DNA of 64,000 bases from an uncultured Pelagibacteraceae bacterium (GTDB lineage: Bacteria; Pseudomonadota; Alphaproteobacteria; Pelagibacterales; Pelagibacteraceae). The stretch is from NCBI GenBank assembly GCA_902576115.1, contig CACGUE010000003.1, positions 4,712 through 68,711 on the forward strand, in the 5' to 3' direction. The position numbers and the translations under genes are program-made. The notes under the pieces are model-generated. The model worked only from the letters and a program-made list of their open reading frames with translations, did not search any database and was not told the origin of the DNA. Positions 57,204 through 64,000 of the stretch are shown in pieces; positions within the stretch are counted from its first letter, which is position 1, and the number at the start of each line of letters is the position of its first letter.

Positions 57204-57947
57204 TTAAATTGTCATTCCTCCATCTACAGAAAAAACATTTCCAGTAGTAAATGTTGATTCATCACTCCCTAAATATATTGCAAAATCAGCAATTTCTTGT
57301 GCAGTGCCTAATCGCCCCATTGGTTGTCTAGCAATAAAGTCTTTTTTAGCTTTTACAGGGTCTTTGCTTTGTCTTACTCTATCTTCCCATGATGGAGTAA
57401 ATACTGTTCCAGGTGCAATTGCATTACATCTTATATTTTTTTTAACAAAATCAGAGGCAATAGATTTAGTAAGCCCTATAATAGCAGCTTTTGTAGCTCC
57501 ATACACAAATCTATTTGGTAAACCTTTAATGCTAGAAACTACAGATGAAATATTAATTATACTGCCTGAGTTATTTTTTAACATAATTGGTAGTGTTGAT
57601 TTACACATAAAATACATTGATTTGATATTAACATTAAATGAAAAGTCCCAGTCATTTTCATCACATTCTAAAATTGTTCCATGATGAACAAATCCTACTG
57701 CATTAAATAGAATATCTATCTTATCAAATTTATTAATAAATTTTTTTATTGAATTATTATTTGTTGAGTCAAGTTTCTGAACTTCAATTTTTGGAAACTC
57801 TTTTTTCAATTCATTCAAAGTTTTGTCATTTATATCTGTTGCAATTACCTTGGCCCCCTCATTACTGAATGCAATAGCTGTAGCTTTACCTATTCCTTGA
57901 CCGGCAGCTGTCACTATTGCAATTTTATCTTTCAATCTATTTGCCAT
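57204..57947 (-). CDS. SDR oxidoreductase, 2-keto-3-deoxy-sugar acid dehydrogenase-like
   Basis: TAAGQGIG, GFVHHG, YGATK. Confidence 0.85.
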   Translation of the reverse strand: MANRLKDKIAIVTAAGQGIGKATAIAFSNEGAKVIATDINDKTLNELKKEFPKIEVQKLDSTNNNSIKKFINKFDKIDILFNAVGFVHHGTILECDENDWDFSFNVNIKSMYFMCKSTLPIMLKNNSGSIINISSVVSSIKGLPNRFVYGATKAAIIGLTKSIASDFVKKNIRCNAIAPGTVFTPSWEDRVRQSKDPVKAKKDFIARQPMGRLGTAQEIADFAIYLGSDESTFTTGNVFSVDGGMTI

Positions 57948-58812
57948 TTCTGTTTAACTCCTCAATTTGTATGTACAATGAACTATGATCTTTATCAGAA
58001 TGATTATTATTAACTAAATTTTGATACATTTCTTTAATTAATTCAGAAATTGGTAGTTTGAAATTGACGTATTCTGCACTTTCTAAAATATTATTCATAT
58101 CTTTTAAATGTGTAGATGTTTTACCACCTGGTTCAAAATTATTCTCTATCATTTTTTTTCCATGATTTTTAAGTATTTTGCTATCAGCAAAACCACCTTC
58201 GACTGCTTTAATAAATTTATTTGGGTCTGCTCCAGTTTTTTTACAAAGATGTATAGCTTCTGCTACAGCCCCAATGGTAACACCTACAATTATTTGATTA
58301 GCTAATTTTGCTATTTGACCACATCCTATAGGTCCCACTAATGTTGGATTACCCATTGTATTTAAAAGATTTTGTGCTTTATTAAAAACTTCTTTTTCTC
58401 CTCCAACCATTATAGCTAATTTACCATTTTTGGCTCCCGACGTTCCGCCAGAAACAGGTGCATCTAAAAAATATATTTCTTTTTTTTTTAAAATTTCATT
58501 AATCTTTTTTGATGTAATTGGTTTTGTAGAACTCATATCTATAACAATTGAATTCTTTTTTATATTTTCCAAAAAATCTTTATTGCTAATTACTGATAAA
58601 ACTGCATCATCATCTGAGAGCATAGTTATTATAATTTTAGATTTTTCAACTGCTTCCTTAATTGAATTTACTACCTCAGCTCCATTTTTTGACAAACCTT
58701 GTGCTTTTTTATTTGTTCTATTAAATGCAGTAAGATTAAAACCTGCCTTAAGGATATTTTGTGCCATTGGGTAACCCATTAAACCAGTTCCTATTATTGA
58801 TACGTTTTCCAT
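57937..58812 (-). CDS. Beta-hydroxyacid dehydrogenase (2-hydroxy-3-oxopropionate reductase-like)
   Basis: GTGLMGYPMA, DAPVSGG, AKLANQ, GGFADS. Confidence 0.85.
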   Translation of the reverse strand: MENVSIIGTGLMGYPMAQNILKAGFNLTAFNRTNKKAQGLSKNGAEVVNSIKEAVEKSKIIITMLSDDDAVLSVISNKDFLENIKKNSIVIDMSSTKPITSKKINEILKKKEIYFLDAPVSGGTSGAKNGKLAIMVGGEKEVFNKAQNLLNTMGNPTLVGPIGCGQIAKLANQIIVGVTIGAVAEAIHLCKKTGADPNKFIKAVEGGFADSKILKNHGKKMIENNFEPGGKTSTHLKDMNNILESAEYVNFKLPISELIKEMYQNLVNNNHSDKDHSSLYIQIEELNRNGK

Positions 58813-58814
58813 GT

Positions 58815-60590
58815 TTAATGTGAATGTCTTGGAGTTCCTTTTTTTTCAACAATTCTATTATAAACTGATCTAGTTTTAATGCATGCTCCATCCTCTAATT
58901 GACCCACTGTTAATCTAGACAGTTCTTGCCATGGAGTTTGATTATTAATTATTTTAATTTTATTTTTAGATCTTCTTTTTTTAAATTCATTAGCTGATAT
59001 TAGAAGATCTACTCTTTTTTTATTTAAATCAATTTTTATTTTGTCTCCTGTTTTGATTATACCTATGTCTCCACCCGCAGCTGACTCTGGTGAAACGTGA
59101 AGTATAGAGGGGCTTTCTGAAGTTCCACTTTGTCTACCATCACCAAGTGTTGGTAATGCATTTATACCTTTTTTAAGCAAAGCATCTGGTGGTTGCATAT
59201 TAACTACCTCTGCGGAACCTGGATACCCTATAGGTCCACAACCCCTAATGATTAAAATTGATTTCTCATCTATATTTAATTTTTTACTATTAATTCTTTT
59301 GTGATAGTCCTCAGGTCCTTCGAATACTACTGCTTTACATATAAATGAATTAGGTCTATCTCGGTCAGATAAATATCTTTTTTTAAATTCATCGCTTATT
59401 ACAGATGTCTTCATAATTGCAGAGTTAAAGAAATTTCCTTTAAGTACTAAAAAACCAGCATTCTGGGACAGATTTTTTTGGAAAGTTTTAATAACTTTTG
59501 AATTAACTTTAATCTTGCTTTTTAAATTTTGACCCAAATTTTTTCCTGTAACTGTTTTTACTTTTATATTTAGTTTTTTGTTTTTTATTAACTCTTTCAT
59601 TACTGCCGGCACACCTCCTGCTTTATAAAACCCTTCCATTAAATATTTTCCAGCAGGTTGGCAATCAACAAGAAGAGGTATTTTGTGTCCTAATTTTTGC
59701 CAATTTGATAAATCGAATTTTATGCCCATATGCTTAGCAATAGCTAACAAATGAGTAGTTGCATTACTTGATCCTCCAATCGCGCTAGCAACTACAACTG
59801 CATTTTCAAATGCTTTTTTTGTCATTATTTTTGATGGAGTTAAATTTTCTCTGACCATATTTACAATTCTTTGACCAGTTTTATAAGAAATTTTTTTTCT
59901 TTCTGGGTAAGGTGCGGGTATAATTGCACAACCAGGTAGCGACATACCTAATGCTTCTGCAATCGAATTCATTGTAGATGCGGTTCCCATAGTATTACAA
60001 TGTCCGACACTTGGTGAAGATGCGGTAGCCATATCCATAAACTGATCATAATCAATTTCACCTTTTGAATACAATTTTCTTGCTTCCCAAATTATTGTTC
60101 CTGATCCAGCTTTTTGTCCTTTGTAATGACCATCTAACATGGGTCCACCTGAGAGAATAATTGATGGAATATTTACAGTAGCTGCAGCCATTAATGCTGC
60201 GGGTGTAGTTTTATCGCAACCAGTTGTTAAAACTACTCCATCTAAGGGGTAGCCATACAATACTTCAACTAAAGATAAATAACTTAGATTTCTATCTAAA
60301 GCAGCTGTTGGTCTTTTTCCAGTTTCTTGAATTGGATGAGTTGGAAATTCCATTGGTACTCCTCCAGCGTTCAAGATTCCTTTTTTTATATTTTTACTTA
60401 AATCTAAAATATGCCTGTTGCATGGAGAAAGATCACTTCCAGATTGAGCTATACCAATTATTGGCTTACCTGACTGCAAATCTTTTCTTTTTAATCCGTA
60501 GTTTAAATATCTCTCTAAGTAAAGCGCAGTAAGGCCTGGGTCTTTGGGATTATCAAACCATTCTTTACTTCTTAATTTAATTTTTTTCAC
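58815..60590 (-). CDS. IlvD/Edd family sugar-acid dehydratase (xylonate/arabinonate dehydratase-like)
   Basis: ERYLNYG, PCNRH, GCDKT, GHCNTMGTAS, DGRQSGT, C-terminal PRHSH. Confidence 0.9.
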   Translation of the reverse strand: MKKIKLRSKEWFDNPKDPGLTALYLERYLNYGLKRKDLQSGKPIIGIAQSGSDLSPCNRHILDLSKNIKKGILNAGGVPMEFPTHPIQETGKRPTAALDRNLSYLSLVEVLYGYPLDGVVLTTGCDKTTPAALMAAATVNIPSIILSGGPMLDGHYKGQKAGSGTIIWEARKLYSKGEIDYDQFMDMATASSPSVGHCNTMGTASTMNSIAEALGMSLPGCAIIPAPYPERKKISYKTGQRIVNMVRENLTPSKIMTKKAFENAVVVASAIGGSSNATTHLLAIAKHMGIKFDLSNWQKLGHKIPLLVDCQPAGKYLMEGFYKAGGVPAVMKELIKNKKLNIKVKTVTGKNLGQNLKSKIKVNSKVIKTFQKNLSQNAGFLVLKGNFFNSAIMKTSVISDEFKKRYLSDRDRPNSFICKAVVFEGPEDYHKRINSKKLNIDEKSILIIRGCGPIGYPGSAEVVNMQPPDALLKKGINALPTLGDGRQSGTSESPSILHVSPESAAGGDIGIIKTGDKIKIDLNKKRVDLLISANEFKKRRSKNKIKIINNQTPWQELSRLTVGQLEDGACIKTRSVYNRIVEKKGTPRHSH

Positions 60591-60602
60591 GGAATTAGAA
60601 TA

Positions 60603-61364
60603 TTACGTTATACCAGCATCAACAATAAAGTTTTGTTTTGTGCATCCAGATGATTGATCTGATGCTAAAAACATTACCATTTGAGCTACATCATTCGGTT
60701 TTAATTGTCTTTTTAAAGCCTGACTATCTAAAATAAGCTTTTTGTACTTGGGGGTTAACCAATGTTTTATTTGTCTTTCAGTAGCTATAGATCCAGGTGT
60801 TACTGAGTTTGTTCTGATATTGTATTTTCCATATTCTTGTGCAAAGGATCTAGTCAAACCTACTACTGCAGATTTTGCAGTTTCATACACAACTTTATCT
60901 CCCTCACCTAACATCCACGAAACTGAACTTAAATTTACAATCGATCCAGCTTTAATTTTTTTCATTGATTTAACAACAGCTTTAGCTGCAAAAAAATAAT
61001 GCTTTAAATTGATTGCAATTCTATTTTCCCAATATTTTTCATCCACCTCATCTGTAGTATGTCTATCATCATTAGCTGCATTATTAATTAAAGCATGTAT
61101 TGGTCCTTTTTGTGTAATAATATTTCTAATTATTTTTTCTAATTTATTGATATCTAATAAATTGCATTCGATGAAAATGGGCGCTCTAAACTTATTTTTC
61201 TTAATTTTGTTTAAAAGTTTTTTAGTTTCTTTTAAATTAATATCTACAAAATAAACTTCACTTCCTTGTTCACAAAAGTGTTCTACTATTGAGGCTCCAA
61301 TACCTGAACCACCACCAGTAATAAATACTCTTTTATTTTTTAAATCTGAATATTTAACTTGCAT
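60603..61364 (-). CDS. SDR aldose dehydrogenase (Caulobacter XylB-like)
   Basis: TGGGSGIG, NNAANDDRH, YETAK; start moved to ATG 61364. Confidence 0.82.
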   Translation of the reverse strand: MQVKYSDLKNKRVFITGGGSGIGASIVEHFCEQGSEVYFVDINLKETKKLLNKIKKNKFRAPIFIECNLLDINKLEKIIRNIITQKGPIHALINNAANDDRHTTDEVDEKYWENRIAINLKHYFFAAKAVVKSMKKIKAGSIVNLSSVSWMLGEGDKVVYETAKSAVVGLTRSFAQEYGKYNIRTNSVTPGSIATERQIKHWLTPKYKKLILDSQALKRQLKPNDVAQMVMFLASDQSSGCTKQNFIVDAGIT

Positions 61365-61365
61365 T

Positions 61366-62460
61366 TTATATCCTTTCATCAGTTTTAGCATCAAATAATG
61401 ATATTTGAGTTATATCAAAAAATAATTTAGTTTCTTTTGCTAATTCAATTTTAATTGTTGAAGGAAATTTAGCTAAGATCTCTTGATTAGCATAATCAAA
61501 GGTTATTATCTGTTCATGACCAATATACTCACTTAAATTTGCTCTTAAATTGATTTCAAAATCAATTTCATTAGATTTTTTAAAATAAATATGCTCTGGC
61601 CTTATACCAAAGTAAATTTCTTTATTATTTAAATTAGATTTATCTTTAAATTCATAATCCTTAATTGGAATTTCAACATTAGAGCCACTGGCTGTAAACA
61701 ATATTTCACCTGAACTTTCTTTTAAGGTTCCCTTAATTAAATTCATAGATGGTGATCCAATAAAATCAGCTACAAATATATTACTTGGTTTATTATAAAT
61801 ATTTTCAGGTGTATCATTTTGCTGAATAACTCCATGGTTCATAATCGCAATCCTTGTTCCTAAACTCATTGCTTCAGTTTGATCATGAGTTACATAAACA
61901 ACTGTTGTTTTCAGCTGTTGGTGAAGTTTTTTGATCTCTCTTCTCATCTCAACCCTTAATTTTGCATCCAAGTTAGACAAAGGTTCATCAAATAAAAATA
62001 TTCTTGGCTCCCTTACAAGAGCTCTACCAATTGCAACACGTTGTCTTTGACCACCAGATAATTGTGAAGGTTTCCTCTCTAACAATTGATCAACTTGTAA
62101 AAATTTTGATACTTTTTCTAATTGTTCCTCTATTTTTTCCTTGGATGTTTTTGCTTGTTTAAGACCAAAGATCATGTTCTCTCTAACATTCATTGATGGA
62201 TATAAAGCGTAAGATTGAAAAACCATCGCGATATTTCGGTCTTTTGGCTCGACTTTACTTACATTGTAATCATCAATAAAAACATTTCCTTCGTTAATAG
62301 TTTCTAAGCCAGCTATGATATTTAGTAATGTTGATTTTCCACAACCAGATGGTCCTAACAGAACCAAAAAATTACCCTCATCAATCTCTAGGTTGATTTT
62401 TCTTAAAACTTCAGTTGATCCAAAGTTTTTTGACAATTCTTCAATTTTCAACGTTTTCAT
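61366..62460 (-). CDS. Sugar ABC transporter ATP-binding protein (MalK-type)
   Basis: GPSGCGKS, VFQSYALYP, LSGGQRQR, GIRPE. Confidence 0.95.
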   Translation of the reverse strand: MKTLKIEELSKNFGSTEVLRKINLEIDEGNFLVLLGPSGCGKSTLLNIIAGLETINEGNVFIDDYNVSKVEPKDRNIAMVFQSYALYPSMNVRENMIFGLKQAKTSKEKIEEQLEKVSKFLQVDQLLERKPSQLSGGQRQRVAIGRALVREPRIFLFDEPLSNLDAKLRVEMRREIKKLHQQLKTTVVYVTHDQTEAMSLGTRIAIMNHGVIQQNDTPENIYNKPSNIFVADFIGSPSMNLIKGTLKESSGEILFTASGSNVEIPIKDYEFKDKSNLNNKEIYFGIRPEHIYFKKSNEIDFEINLRANLSEYIGHEQIITFDYANQEILAKFPSTIKIELAKETKLFFDITQISLFDAKTDERI

Positions 62461-62462
62461 TT

Positions 62463-63368
62463 TTATCCTTTTACTGCTCCTGAAGTTAATCCTCTGATAA
62501 AATATTTACCTGCTAATACATATACTATTAGTGTTGGAATACCGGCTATAATAGCTGAAGCCATATCTACATTGTATTCTTTCACACTTGTGCTTGATAA
62601 AACCATATTGTTTAAAGCAACTTGTATAGGTGCCGCTTCACCAAAAGAAAAAGTCGATCCAAATAAAAAATCATTCCATATTTGTGTAAATTGCCAAATT
62701 ATCGTTACAACAATAATCGGTGCAGATATTGGAAGTAAAATTTTAAAAAATATTTTAAAAAATCCTGCCCCGTCTATTCTAGCAGCTTTAACTAATTCCG
62801 TTGGCACAGAAACATAATAATTTCTAAAAAATAATGTTGTAAAAGGAATTCCATAAACTGTATGCACTAATACTAATCCAACAACAGAATTTGATATTCC
62901 TAACACTCCAAGAGTTCTAGCCATAGGTAACAATATTGCTTGAAAAGGTATAAAACATCCAAACAATAAAAAAAGGAAAACCCACTGATCTCCTTTAAAT
63001 CTCCATTTAGTTAAAACATAACCTGTCATCGCTCCAATGAATGTTGAAAAAAATACCGCTGGCACAACCATCTTGATTGAATTCCAAAAATATGGTCTTA
63101 AAAAAGTATCACCAGCTCCATATCCTCGACCTCCCCATGCTACAGCCCAGGACTCCAAATTTAATCCACTAGGCCAACTTAAAAGTGTTCCTTGACGGAT
63201 CTCTTCCATTGTTTTTAATGAAGTAACAATCATCACATAAAGTGGAAAAATAAAATATGAAGCAAAAAGAATTAAAATAAAATATAAAAACCATCTCAAA
63301 AATATATTTGTGTATTTGGATTTTTGTTCTAACCGGTGATAAGAAGTGGATTTCAAACTATCTTGCAT
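62463..63368 (-). CDS. Sugar ABC transporter permease
   Basis: KAARIDGA, QIWNDF, GLTSGAVKG. Confidence 0.92.
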   Translation of the reverse strand: MQDSLKSTSYHRLEQKSKYTNIFLRWFLYFILILFASYFIFPLYVMIVTSLKTMEEIRQGTLLSWPSGLNLESWAVAWGGRGYGAGDTFLRPYFWNSIKMVVPAVFFSTFIGAMTGYVLTKWRFKGDQWVFLFLLFGCFIPFQAILLPMARTLGVLGISNSVVGLVLVHTVYGIPFTTLFFRNYYVSVPTELVKAARIDGAGFFKIFFKILLPISAPIIVVTIIWQFTQIWNDFLFGSTFSFGEAAPIQVALNNMVLSSTSVKEYNVDMASAIIAGIPTLIVYVLAGKYFIRGLTSGAVKG

Positions 63369-64000
63369 TCTCTCTCCTTAACTCTGAGTATAAATATGGG
63401 ATAATCACAGCAGCTACGGCCATAAACATCATCATTGCGCTTGCTGCAGACAAACCAACTTGGCTTTTATGAAATGCAGTTTGTGTCATATACAAAGCAG
63501 GCATAGTTGTTGATATACCTGGGCCACCTTGTGTTAGTGCTACGATAAGATCATAACTTTTTATAGATATATGAACTAAAATTACAAAACTTGTAAAAAA
63601 AACAGGTCTCATCATTGGAAGTAAAATCTTCCAGTAAACCGTAAACAAACTTGCGCCATCTATTTTTGCTGCCTTAACAATTTCATCTTCTACTGACCTT
63701 AATCCCGCTAAAAATAGAGCCATCACGAACCCCGCAGATTGCCAAACACCTGCTATGACTATAGTATAGATGGCCATCTCCCTATCTACCAACCAATCAA
63801 AGGTAAAGTTCTCAAAACCCCAATCTCTAAACATTTTTTGGATACCTAAAGTTGGATTTAATATCCATTTCCAAGCAGTTCCTGTAACAATAAAAGATAG
63901 CGCCATTGGATATAAATAAATCGTTCTTAGCAAACCCTCTGCTCTGATTTTTTGATCTAAAAAAATTGCAAGAATTATTCCTATAACAACACAGAAGATT
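63358..64000 (-). CDS. Sugar ABC transporter permease; 5' end outside the window
   Basis: Frame stays open to the edge (IFCVVIGIILAIFLDQKIRAEGLLRTIYLYP); KAAKIDGA. Confidence 0.9.
   Translation of the reverse strand, partial: IFCVVIGIILAIFLDQKIRAEGLLRTIYLYPMALSFIVTGTAWKWILNPTLGIQKMFRDWGFENFTFDWLVDREMAIYTIVIAGVWQSAGFVMALFLAGLRSVEDEIVKAAKIDGASLFTVYWKILLPMMRPVFFTSFVILVHISIKSYDLIVALTQGGPGISTTMPALYMTQTAFHKSQVGLSAASAMMMFMAVAAVIIPYLYSELRRENAR

Noticed and set aside
3069-62817. Many 60-126-aa antisense or nested ORFs in the track (e.g. 3069, 9677, 11121, 16082, 34069, 45186, 53033, 57304)
   Set aside because: All lie within or opposite well-supported genes and lack motifs; typical shadow ORFs.
1-64000. 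Poly-A/poly-T runs as phase-variation tracts
   Set aside because: Expected at this AT content, and no frameshifted gene was found at them.

Overview
AT-rich (about 30% GC by eye), very densely coded alphaproteobacterial chromosome segment. Composition and gene content point to a SAR11/Pelagibacterales genome (inference). From left to right: 5' part of rseP; a sodium:solute symporter (ThiV-like) under a TPP-type riboswitch with an altered pyrophosphate arm; an ABC-2 exporter and a cytochrome c / c' / b561 / thioredoxin group; an organosulfonate region (ald, omega-amino acid:pyruvate aminotransferase, tauABC, Ldh_2 dehydrogenase, pta-like, hpsN-like); an uncharacterised catabolic cluster (two double SnoaL/NTF2 proteins, bicupin, MetE-C-terminal-like Zn enzyme, CUT1 ABC importer, HAD-fold protein without its catalytic Asp); sulfur/redox genes (Prx6, persulfide dioxygenase, cysE, cysK); a run of short co-oriented ORFs ending in an SMR pair without the conserved Glu; a TRAP-lyase-mmsB operon; a peptide ABC importer; ppc; and a non-phosphorylative sugar-oxidation operon with its ABC importer running off the right edge. 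No rRNA, tRNA, CRISPR, integrase or transposase was seen. The strongest unexplained signal is a candidate ~90-nt minus-strand small RNA at about 6875-6967. It has its own sigma70-like promoter and a three-helix fold, and its pyrimidine-rich loop is nearly perfectly complementary to the ribosome-binding site and start codon of the TRAP dctP gene 31 kb away. All family calls come from motif recognition by eye; no database searches were run.
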